The notes under the pieces were generated by a model, which ran no database searches, was not told the DNA's origin, and was given only the letters and a program-made list of their open reading frames with translations. The position numbers and the translations under genes are program-made. From positions 4,588,001 through 4,652,000 of the forward strand of contig NC_135758.1 of assembly GCF_052425735.1 (NCBI RefSeq): 64,000 bases of DNA. Direction: 5' to 3'. This document shows, piece by piece, positions 25,401 through 36,673 of the stretch. Position 1 is the first letter of the stretch; each line of letters opens with the position of its first letter. The stretch is from Oculina patagonica (Eukaryota).

Positions 25401-26121
25401 GGGTCAAGAGAGCTAGAAGTCAAGTTAAACGTTACGGTGTGTTGTTCACGTGCTTGGTCAGCAGAGCAATACACATAGAAGTTGCTCAGAGTATGGACAC
25501 TGATGCGTTTGTGAATTCTATGCGTCGCTTCATTGCAAGGCGAGGTGTCCCTGAAGTTATGAGGTCAGACAATGGTTCAAATTTTGTCAGTGGAAACAAG
25601 GAGCTCCGTGAAGCGATCTCCGAGTGGAATGATAGTCAGGTCCACGAGTTCCTGTTGCAAAGAAACGTCAAGTGGCTGTTTAACCCCCCATCTGGATCCC
25701 ATTTCGGTGGCGTCTGATAGCGTTGTATTAGAACTGTAAGAAAGATCCTGGTTGCGCTTATCAAGGAGGAACCGCTCCATGATGAGGAATTGACTACACT
25801 TATGTGCGAGGTTGAAGCCATCGTTAACGGGCGTCCAATAACTAAATCGTCAGATGACCCATCGGACGCTGAAGCCCGCACCCCAAACCATTTGTTGTTG
25901 CTTCGTCCGGGCTCAAAGCTTCCGCCTGGTGTGTTCGTGAAAGAGGACAGCTACTCGCGCAGAATATGGCGCCAAGTACAATATTTGGCCAACAACTTCT
26001 GGAGAAGATGGATTAGAGAGTATTTGCCACAGTTGCAAGAGAGACAGAAATGGGTCTATCTGTCAAGGAACTTTGCTGTTAATGACGTTGTGCTTGTGGT
26101 CGATGATAGAGTACCAAGATG
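19479..26121 (+). mobile_element. Decayed Bel/Pao LTR retrotransposon, 3'-truncated with no 3' LTR
   Basis: Fragmented ORFs give gag ([17 protein letters not shown]; zinc knuckles), protease (YAFLDPGS), RT ([30 protein letters not shown]), RNase H ([18 protein letters not shown]) and integrase (VGVDCFGP, SDNGSNF). Many stops and frameshifts. The TG start at 19479 is the inferred 5' LTR edge. Confidence 0.9.
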
Positions 26122-27064
26122 TATCAGGGTTGTTTTTTTGCATGACGTGAGTTTCGCGCAAAAAAAAAAAAAAAAACTGAAGAGTATTTCGATGATAAAT
26201 TTTAGGACATGTAAGGTCAGCATGAGTAGTGTTTGAATCTGTATGTCATTGGAAGGAACGCTTGACACCCGCGTTTGTCATGTTTAATCGCATGTAGACA
26301 CGTTATAGAAAGCGTACGTGTGACAATTTGTGGAGTCGCCATTTTGAACACATAGTCAGGTACACAGGAGCCCAAAATGTGATACCCACAGGCATTTTTG
26401 TCTGATTTTTGGCAACATAGCTATTCTTACTAACTCGAGTACGCTGATTTCGAAAATCATTGTTGCCAAGCTCAATTCTTGTGTTAAGATGATGTTTTGG
26501 GGCTTTTAATTATGACGTCATCGTCCAAATAAGGAGTTTTGTTTCCTATAGCGATTTAAGTTTAATAGATCCAGAAATTGTTTCAAAGCATTATTAGTGT
26601 ACTGCAAAGATGATTCTAAGAATTTCTGACAGTTTTTACGCTCGTTATATGAATATCGAGCCGTCCAGTGACAATTTACCACACCCTCTTATATAAAATT
26701 CTCCTTATCACAGGTATAGTTTTGACACAAGAATCATGAAGGTGATTCTTGTATTAATAAAAAGTTTCAATTAAAATAATAAGAAAGGAAAATGTTGTCG
26801 TCATGCCACGCTGAAGCTAAGCGCCAGCATGCATCAAGAACGACGTCATGACAATGTCCACATATCGAGTTTTCCTTTGTTTCAGCATTTCGTTTTCATG
26901 TAAAATTGACCAATTCAAAATAACAGGACATTGCTCCTTAATCTCAGGATTAAATCTGTCTATAATATTGTTAATAATTATTGTAAATATCGTTAATAAA
27001 TCTTCTTATTTGTTTCAAAAAATGAACTAATTTTTTTTTTAATTATGCTTTTAAACAAGTGTCT

Positions 27065-28110
27065 TTAAAGTGTTTTAGCGCTGTTTGATGCAGCAATTTG
27101 CGTCGGTCTTGGTGCATTCACACAGCCCAGTGAACTCGACATGCGACTTTCTTTATTTACAGTGATGCATCGGCATGAAACCATCTCCAGACAATCCTTC
27201 GGGATTGCATCTAGTGTGATAAAGACAGGGGCCAGTAGATCTTCTGCTAGTGTCCATCCTGTCTTCTCTGGGTTTGGAAGCACTGGTGTTTGAATGTGTG
27301 CCTGGCGCCACTCCGTGGTTTGGTAGTGGCATCTCTTCAAGTGTCGCTCGAACGCGTCGCTAGTCGTGGTAGCTTTTAATTTTTGGGCTACTGACTTTGT
27401 CAGACAACAAGAGCTAAGACCAATAAGTCCTCCGATGTCTTATATAGTCTGACAAACAAACTTCTCTGCGGATGCGATGGTGTCAGCAACGAGGAAGTCT
27501 TGCATGACCATCAAGGAGAGAAGATGAAAGTGCTCTGTGGAAACGTTCCACGCAATCTTCTTTGAATTTTCACAGATAAACAAGGTGCGGTCACAGCCGG
27601 TCAAGGCGTGACATGGTAACAATGCACAAGATTTGCTGAGACCTCGTCCAAAGTTATGTCCTTTGGCTTCTTTGAAGTTCCTGCCCATATCCACGCCTTT
27701 GATGAGAGCTTAGCACCATGCGCTAGGAGACGTAACAGCACGTCTGTGTCTCGAGTGGAAACTACTATTTTGTTAACGTGCCCGCTAAGACTGACTGCAT
27801 GAAGAACAAACCTCTTATCGACTTCTTCTTGGTTGGATCTCAAAACGGCTAAATGAAGGCTAGGATCCGAGCAGAGAACATCCACTTGTTTGAACAACTG
27901 CCAGATACTAAAATGTTAGTGTCAGCAGGTCCTTGCGCGATAAGTTCGTCTGAGAGAAACTCTGCTAAGTCAGCTTTGTTTTCTCCTAGTGCCAGAAATG
28001 CTTGCCACTTCTTCGACAACAGAACCTCTCTTACTTTAATAACTCAGGCAACAGTACGCACCGTATAGCGTCGACTACTTGTTGCTTTGATGAAGTGCCT
28101 CTGATGACGC
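27065..28110 (-). pseudogene. Remnant of an XPG/FEN1-like nuclease-bearing transposon ORF (Academ-like)
   Basis: Fragments EEVDKRFVLHA, IVVSTRDTDVLL, HALTGCD, AEKFVC and WRQAH..P..P.PEKTGW....SCRC match the XPG-type nuclease plus Cys-cluster region of AcademX-like elements. Frameshifted; element ends not resolved. Confidence 0.6.
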
Positions 28111-29474
28111 GTACGGTTGCCCTGGATATATATAGAGGGCAACCGTTGGACCTAAAACTGCGCTAAATCGCTCTAAATCGGCTAAAAAACCACACAGCAC
28201 ACAAAGGGAGCGACAAAGGAGTTAAGGTAAGCAGTTTTTATTGAAATTCAACGGTTATTTTTTCGATCTTTTCGGCTTTATTTATTTCCCCATACAAATC
28301 CTTATAAATATGCAAATCGCTCGAATTACGCAACAATGCAAAGGTCATCTTCATTTACTCATATATCGAGCTTGGGCTACCTGTGTTTAAACATAGTATT
28401 GTTTCGGTTATAAAATAAATTTCTGAGTTTGTGACATCACCCTAGTCAACTTACGTAGCATGTGGGCTTCCTAACACTACCAAATCACGTGGTGCAAAAT
28501 AGTTAATCATGTGGTACAACTGACCAGGTGATGCATTTTCAATCACCGTGAAGACGGTGTTAAAAGTGGGAGGCGCGATAGGGGCAGTTAGTGGGGGCGA
28601 GGGAAAGGCGAAACTGCGGGAAAAAATTCGGCGAAGAAAAGTTGGAGCGATAGAAAGGTGCCCCTGGGGAAAGAGTCTTACCAGGCCAGTTCCAAACAGC
28701 TCTCTGAATGCTGCCTATTGATTGGGCAGAAAAAGTCCTTTGTATTCTCGTTGTATTATTCTACCCAATCGGCGAACAGTAACTTGAGAGTCACTTTCGC
28801 GTATTCTATTAACACAGTGGTTGTTGTATCGGCCATACTGTCATTTTAATATACATCAAAAAGCCGGGAAATTATTTCGCGATGCCAGAAAGAATGCCGG
28901 AAAACTTTCGTTTTGACCGATTCTTGATGTTTAAAGGTAACAAGGCCATAAAAAGAAATAAGTTTACCTATTTAGAACCGGTTTAGTGTTTGTTTAGATT
29001 GTAGTCAGTCATATTTTATATCAACAATGAACCGCATCATATCCTTCTAGCAACAAACAACTTTTCTCTTAAGAAAATAAGAACCCGTTTAAAAGCCTAA
29101 TTTCTAGTGGACACTGTCACTCTGCTGAAAAATGCAGGTTCTTATATATGGGTTTTTACTGCGCACCAGATATGTCTGATCTGTTGTTATCTTGATCTGT
29201 CTGATCTGTTGTTAAGCTTAAATCTTAGTACTCTTAGTACTCTTATATATTTTAATCTTTTCATTAACTTCCATTTTAGGTACACTGTAAGGCTTTTAGC
29301 GACTTTTTAATTTTTACTTTTTACTAGGGCCTCTATTGATAACAGTTTTTATTGTAAATTAAAGCTGATGGAGTAACCTTATTTAAATAAAGGCTTCTCT
29401 TGCTCTGTTCTTCAATAGCGTATGAAATGAAAATAACCGCAATTATCTCAGCATGCTATTAATTAATTTGTACT

Positions 29475-29632
29475 CACTGTTACGCCGCAAAATGTAATAA
29501 TCGCCGCAAAATGTAATAACAATCGCCGCAAAATGTAATAAAGTTGTTAACGCAAAATGTAATAACTTTTTAACGCAAAATGTAACAAATTTTCTAACGC
29601 ATAATGTAATAACGCAAAACGTAATAACTCTA
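29475..29632 (+). repeat. Subterminal-type tandem repeats (CGCAAAATGTAATAA) after a CACT start; possible EnSpm/CACTA terminus
   Basis: About 7 copies of CGCAAAATGTAA(T/C)AA. Begins exactly where homology to 62260-62336 breaks off. Confidence 0.55.
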
Positions 29633-30046
29633 AAATTTATATATATATTGAAATCGTGTAGTCAAGCTCAGTGGCATTAACTTTTTGTTGGTTTTATGCG
29701 AATTCAGCATTATAGACCTACCATTCCTTTGTTTTAAGAAAAGCTCCGCCGAGCTCCGGTTTAACTCAACTTGCATACTCGGGAGAAATATGTTGATATG
29801 CTAGCAAGGCTTCTAGTACGATCGCACTGCATGTCTACATGTAGGTAATTAAGACTTTGTGGTCGTAGTCCTACCGTGTGCTCGGTTTAAATGGCGACTG
29901 TTGTTTATTAAGTCGTTTGTTTGAGTTCATCCTTTGCCCACTAATTCTCCGCCTTCGAAGTAAATAAGATATTATTCGACAACACAGATCACAAATAGAG
30001 TCCTACTGGCGGGGTCTAAAATATTGTGTATACACTGATTGTTTCT

Positions 30047-30203
30047 AGTAAATAATAAAGATGGTAAATTTTAAGCTCGGTAATAAATAATAAAGATAAG
30101 ATGTTCTACATGACACGAGCATGGGACAAAGAAAAAATTCTGAGTCCCCGACGGGAATCGAACCCATGGCCTCCCAGATACCGGTTGGGCGCTCTAACCA
30201 CTG
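30047..30203 (-). mobile_element. 5'-truncated tRNA-derived SINE
   Basis: Minus strand CAGTGGTTAGAGCG...GGTTCGATTCCC.TCGGGGACTCAGA. Flanked by the 14-bp direct repeat CACTGATTGTTTCT (30033-30046, 30199-30212). Confidence 0.75.
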
Positions 30204-30689
30204 ATTGTTTCTGTTTTTAAAAATTATAAAGGATTTAAGAGATAACGTTGGAAAAGGAAGTTTTCGGTGGTTGTAATAAGTTTTAAGTTGATAATATTAT
30301 GAAATCAGTGTGTGTTTTATATTTTGTAAGTTTACTGGAAAAGGCAGAGGATAAAGTATTCTTGTCGTCAGGGACCGTATTAACCATTCACTTTAACGTT
30401 CTTGTTTACCTTCTTCGATGAGAAAGTGACAATTGCATAGGATTGTGGGTGACAAAAACTGACGTAAGATTGTCAACGAAGACGCTATTTCCTTGCATCT
30501 GTTTTGCTGTTATGACGGATTTGGGGGGTGTAATTCTTAATCCGCCCCTTTCTGCTAAGAGGCCAGTTTTACCAGCTCTAATGAAACACGTCTGGTTCGC
30601 TACATTTTAATGTACAAAACATACCAAACCTTTTTAACAGTCAAGGTTCCAAATTTCAAAATTTAATACAAATTGAAGGACAACCAGAT

Positions 30690-31218
30690 TTCAAACTTTG
30701 TCTATATCCTTTTCCATATCATCTCTATTCTTTGTTATGTATTCATATTTCAATGATAAATTATCTGAAAATTTTAGTGATTACTTCACAAAAAACATAT
30801 ATTTACATGATTACAATACACGTACAGCTTGCAAGATACATTTAGATTATCAAAGAACAAATTATGGAAAATTTTCTATAAAATATAGAGGGGCAAAATT
30901 ATGGAATGACTCTTCCAGAAAACTTAAGAAATCAACAATCGTATAGCTCATTCAAAAAATCTATTAAGATATACATACAGTCAAGAGACCATCCTGATCA
31001 GGTATTAATTTAAGTATGATTCGCTATAATTATTCTTTAATTAGTTAATAGATAAATCACGCAATTGAAACTTAAAATGAAATGATAATGACAATAATAA
31101 TAGTAATTGGGGATCCTCTTTGAAAAGCTCAATAGAGCTTGCTAAGATCTCCTGCCATTGTAAACTACTGAATGAAATGATTGTACTTTTATTATGGGCG
31201 AATAAAGTTGATTGATTG
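30690..31218 (+). mobile_element. LINE (CR1/L2-group) 3' fragment
   Basis: ORF2 C-terminal motif HDYNTR...RTNYGKFSIKYRGAKLWN, then a 3'UTR ending AATAAAGTTGATTGATTGA. Confidence 0.7.
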
Positions 31219-32555
31219 AAATGCGGGATTGTCCAAAAGATTTCAAACTCATTTTAATTTTGTTGTTCACCTTTCAGAAATACCGACTTGGTCTGAAGAC
31301 AAATAAGGCCATCAAGAAAGAACTGATCTTGTTCGCTCTGTTGTAATTCTTCATTCTTATTTCAAGACACGAAAGAGCGTGAATTAACTTTTTGTGTTCA
31401 TTTTATAACTATTATTTTATAATTTTATAATTGCGCGACTTGATCGCTTTCATTCTTCCGCCTTTCCACAGTAACAGATATGAGATCACAGAATCAAACA
31501 GCTTTGTAACTAAATGAAACTAAGATTGTGATTTCGATTAATCGTGGCTTTGACGGTGATTTTATTAATGTCGTCGCTGTCAAAAAATTATGGTACATAT
31601 CGTAAACTAGTTAAGATAGAGGCCACTATTCAATATAAGGTTGGTTGAAATTTCCACAGCGACGTTCACTTTAGTGTTGGAAAACTAGTGAAACTACAAA
31701 ACACTCGGGGGGTTTGCCGAGATTCCGAGAAAATAGATTATCATTTGACCTCATGATGCAGCAGATGTTGAATGCGGGATGAGTTTAAAATTGATGCGGG
31801 ATGCGGGTTAGGAGAAATTTAAAACGAGACGGGAAGGCATACAAGGAACTCAAAACAAAATTGCTCTGATTTCACTTTCTTGAAGCGTGCATGGTAAGCC
31901 GCTCGAGAGGTGACTGTTAATGAATAACACATATCTTTTCCGCTAACAAAACAAAGAAATCTTAATGAGGCTTTCGTTAAGCTGTCGCTAAGAATTCTAG
32001 AACATTCATTGGCACGCTTATTGTAATTTGTAATTTTAATTTTCGCTCGTATAAAACCAGGGACGCTGTTTCGTCGGTTTACATTATTAGCTGAAGAAAG
32101 TTGTTGTAGCGACGGTTTGAAGTGAGACACAAACTTACCGAGTTTAGTTTAGTTTCTCGAACTTTCTTGGAACAGAAAGTGATTAGTGACTGAAAACACT
32201 GCAGAGGACCTTCCCTGCAAGACAAATAAGGCCTTCAAGAAAGAACTGATCTTGTTCGCTCTGTTGTAATTCTTCATTCTTATTTCAACACACGAAAAGG
32301 CCGTGAATTTTTTATAAATTTTGTTCACTTCATAATATACTTTGCACGATTTGATCGATTTCATTCTTTCGCCTTTCCACAGTAACAGACATTAGATCAC
32401 AAAAACAAACAGCTTTGTATCTAAATGAAAATCGGATCGACGTTTCGATTCATTATCGCTTTGTGATTTTTCTAATCTCGTTCCCAGATCTCGCGGGCTT
32501 CGCCGGTTGGCTATTAAAGATATATATATCGAAGTAAATATATTCTAAATCGATT

Positions 32556-33128
32556 TAGTCCTGTCCCTGAACTCTCTCTTCCACGCGCCCCTTATAGGGG
32601 TTGAACCCAGGCGCGCGAAGAGAGAGTCCAGGATAACTTGCATGCGCATGCTCAGAACGAACCAATTAGAAGCGAGGAGTGTGGTGTTACTTGCTTGGGA
32701 CGCGCGCGCTAGGTTAAAACTGGCTCGCTCAAATGACAAATTCAACTACGCGACCGAGCGCGCGAATAAATGCAAGAAAAAAAAACTGTGCTCAATTGAA
32801 TCCAAAACCAATTAAATAAACAGCTACAAAATACTGGGAATAGTTGACGGATAGCGATTTTTGTTTTGGCCGTTAGCTTTTAGCAGACACTGACTGCAAA
32901 GTTAGGCTTTTTGAAGTTATTCCGGTGATCCTGCTTTAGTACACGGTCGCGTAGTTGAACTCGTCATCTGTGCGCGCGCGTTTTCAAAAGGGCTGCCAAA
33001 TAAGGTTTTCCCCCCAATTTTGGGGGAAAAACTGGCGCATGCGCATGCAAGTTATCCTGGACTCTCTCTTCTCGCGCTGGGTTCAGCCCCAAAAGGCGCG
33101 CGGAAGAGAGAGTTCAGGAACTGGACTA
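32556..33128. mobile_element. MITE with TAG...CTA termini and 9-bp TSD (Academ/AcademH-like)
   Basis: About 95-bp inverted arms, TAGTCCTGTCCCTGAACTCTCTCTTCC / GGAAGAGAGAGTTCAGGAACTGGACTA. Flanks AAATCGATT / AAATCGGTT. Confidence 0.8.
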
Positions 33129-35266
33129 AAATCGGTTAAGATGGAGTCTAAAATACAAGGTTAGTTGTACTTACCGCGGCAAAGTTCGCTCTCGAAAGTG
33201 AAACTTACAGTAGAAACACTCGGGGGTTCTCAACATTCCAAAAAAACAGGTTTTCATGTTACGTCATGATGTAGCAAGTGTTGAGGGGTTTCTAAAGGGT
33301 TTAGGTTGGCGGGATGCGGGATGAAAATACCATGGCGAAAGCTGAATATGCACACTTCGGGAGGCGGGATGCGGATCAGTACTTTTTAAATTGATGGCGG
33401 GATGTATCGGAGTGCACGAAATGTTAACGCAGCCTTATTAAAAAAAGAATTGTTTTTATTTTATTTTTCATAACCCTTTAGTTCTCCGCCCGCCGGCAGA
33501 GTAACGCGATACACGCGCACGAGGTTATTTGCTTCTTGTTTGATCTACACCGTCGACACCGGGGCCGCTAACCTGGACCCGGGTATCATGTAAAACAAAA
33601 CCAAACAAAATTTAAATCAAGCTCAACAAAACGAAATCGATTTTGCTCGGTAATTGAACAAATAACTTCCGGTGAGTTCGATTTCTGAACTTAGTCGAGC
33701 GAAATCAAATTTTGTCGGTATAATTAGGGTTGACTTGTAAATCTTTAGAAACCCATCACCGCTTTGTATTGAGACTCAGTCAGTAGCTTTTTTATTCTTC
33801 TCTATAACAATTTTCCATAATCCTGTCACTTTTTGCAGCTAGTATTTTGCAGCATGTAATTTGTGTAATAAGCAAAGAGGTACTAATCAGAAACACTCCA
33901 AAACGTTTTGTTGGTTTCTAGCTAGGGAAGAAACACCGTCACGGATGATAGTGCAAAGTGTGTCTTTCTTACAACCTGAGCCACAACCTCAACCACAATC
34001 AGGGACAAAAGTGTTGAGATGCTCATCATTAAACGGACGCTTTTTAACAGGAAAGTGCACTTCGCAAATAAAGATAGCCGATCCCGCTATTCCCCGATTT
34101 CCTTCTTCCGCCTTTCCATAGTAACAGACATGAGATCGCAGAAAGAAACAGCTTCGTGAAAATTAGATCGGGATTTCGATTATTCGTCGCTTTTGACGAA
34201 GATTTTATGAACGTCGTGGCTATCAAAGAAGGCAAAAGGTTAGACAGTGGCAATATAATGCTAGGTTAGTTGAATGAACTTACCACGACGAAGTTCGTTT
34301 TTGAAAGCGAAACTTAGAAACACTTGGGATGCTCGACATTTCGAGGAAAACAGATTATCATGTGACCTCATGATGCAGCAGGTGTTGAATGCGGGATGCG
34401 GGTTAGGAGAAATTTAAAACGAGACGGGACGGCACACAAGGAACTTAAAACAAAATTGCTCTGATTTCACTTTCTTTAAGCGTGCATTGTAATCCGTTTG
34501 AGAAGTGACTGTTAATTGTCATGCTTATTGCAATTTGTTCATATAAAACCAGGTGACGCTCAGTTTCGCCGGTTTACTTATTAGCTGAGAAAGGTCGTAG
34601 TTGGGTGGTTTAAAGTTAGACATAAACTTACCGTGTTTAGTTTAGTTTCTCGATCTTCTGCCAAAAATGGAACCAAAAGTGAAAACTGACTGAGAAAGCA
34701 CTAAAGGAACTTTCCCTGCAAGACAAGCGTCAGACAAAGACAAATACAAATTAAAAACGACCAAGTTTTCTGTAAAAACACAAAAAGAAACATTTCTTCT
34801 AAAGATTACATCCTTTGCCACGTCCATTCATTGTTAAATGCAGAAGGGATAGTCAGAAAGTTTCAAATTCATTTTCATTTTGTTGTTGACTTGTGAAGCG
34901 ACTTCACCTTTCAGAAAGACCGACTTGACGACAAACAAGGCCATCAAGAAAGAACTGATCTTGCTCGAACTGTTATAATTCTTCATTCTTATTTCAATAC
35001 ACGGAAGACCGTAAATCGACTATTTTGTGTTGACTTCATAATGTATTTTGCACGATTTGATCGATTTCATTCTTCCGCCTTCTAATAATTACAGACACGA
35101 GATCGCAAAAATAAACAGCTTTGTATCTAAATAAAAATCAGATCGGGATTTCGATTAATCATCGTTTTGACGGTTATTTTCTAAATGTTGTGGCTATCAA
35201 AGAAAGCAAAAGTATATATGTTCTTAACAAGTTTAGACAGAGGCCGTACAATACAAGGTTAGTTGT

Positions 35267-35338
35267 ACTTACCGCGGAGAAGTTCGCTTTGGAAAGTGAA
35301 ACTACGAAACACTCGGGGGTTTCCCGAGATTCCGAGAA
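35267..35338 (-). promoter_or_regulatory. Best-preserved type A cassette: donor + ISRE + kB + GAS within 72 bp
   Basis: ACTTAC at 35267-35272, GAAAGTGAAACT at 35292-35303, GGGGTTTCCC at 35316-35325, TTCCGAGAA at 35330-35338. Confidence 0.65.
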
Positions 35339-35460
35339 AACAGATTATCACGTGACCTCATGATGCAGCAGATGTTGAATGCGGGATGAGTTTAAAATTG
35401 TTGCGGGATGCGGGTTAGGAGAAATTTAAAACGAGGCGGGACGGCATACGAGGAACTTAA

Positions 35461-35861
35461 AGGGACTATGTCACGGCTAAGTTAATCTTATGTTATTAAA
35501 TCTGCTAAATTTTGCCAAATATTCGCTATGAAACTAACTGTTTGCAAAGAAATTAATTCTTTGATACTAAATGACAAAACCATAGCTTCCTTGCAGCTAA
35601 ATGTGTCTCCCGGGCATCATAAATGAAAGTTACAAGCAGACAAGATTAATTTTGAAAACTGTTCCGCCGGACCATATTTCAAAAGCCCACTTCGCAATCC
35701 GTTTCAATCTTCGACACTTTTGGCCATCCGTACCTTCTTTTGCATTTGGTGTGTTATTTAAATATTCCTTCACTGTTTTAAGAGGTTATTTTATACATTT
35801 AAACAAATTTGATGGTCATTTCCTATGCCTAAGTTTGGCTAAAATCCGTGACACGGTCCCT
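35461..35861. mobile_element. Kolobok-like MITE (AG...CT termini, TTAA TSD)
   Basis: TTAA|AGGGACTATGTCACGG ... CCGTGACACGGTCCCT|TTAA. Empty site visible in the sister module at about 34441 (GAACTTAAAAC). Confidence 0.8.
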
Positions 35862-36673
35862 TTAAAACCGAAATGCTTTGATTTCAATTCACTTCCTTGA
35901 AGCGTGCATGGTAATCACTCATAAAACGCTATGGACAAATAAGCATAAGAGGCATGAAATCTGATGTTCGGCACCAGTCAGGAATGTTTTAAGACGAGAT
36001 AAGGCAATAATATGTAACATAAGCGTCAGGATATAGATCAATATTTTAATACTCGCAAAGATCACACGGAAACTTGGTAGTTATTGCCAAAACTTCCCTT
36101 GTTCCCTTCAAAAATTAATTAAGTTACCTGGCAAAAGCACACGAAACACTCATCGCCCGAGTGAAAGCTGTGTGCAACTTCTTGTTTTATAATAGTTATG
36201 TTTCAATTAAATGGTAAAAATAATGCATACAAAACAATCAAGGTTACACTTACCACGGCGACGCCGTTTGAAACGGAAGTCTTAAGCTAAGCTGACTAGC
36301 TAGCTCGTATACCTTGCTTAGAATGAACTACGCTGTTAAGTTCATTTTATACTGTTCGCTTTGGAAAGTAACAAAAATCAGAAATCCGTAATTCGTTCCT
36401 CTGGGAATTAGAAAATGAAATTTCCTAGCTAGATCCTACAAGGAAGTGTCAGTTTTTCATTTTCCAAAACACAATGGATGATTGAGAATTTATTTTTCAA
36501 CTTGTTACATCTGACATCAAAGTTTGCGATTGCTTCTCAAAACGCTTGAAATCACATTTCCGCTTCGTTTTCTCGAATCCACGCTAGATCCTCCTATTTT
36601 GTTCATGATGACCTCTTTTATATAAGAAATGCCAGAAGAGAATATTTTTTGCTCAAAATATAAAGAATATTCG

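Larger units (their letters stand above)
31220..35915 (-). repeat. About four tandem diverged copies of an approximately 1-kb promoter/first-exon module upstream of gene 2
   Basis: Recurring blocks: TCAAGAAAGAACTGATCTTG (about 31312, 32235, 34944); TTCCGCCTT(T)C..ACAGA..(T/C)GAGATC (about 31456, 32368, 34106, 35073); and the ISRE block at 31687, 33194, 34303 and 35292. Confidence 0.85.

Noticed and set aside
26353-28479. TAG...CTA TIRs defining a complete Academ element
   Set aside because: Terminal similarity is weak and there is no TSD, so only the ORF remnant is reported.
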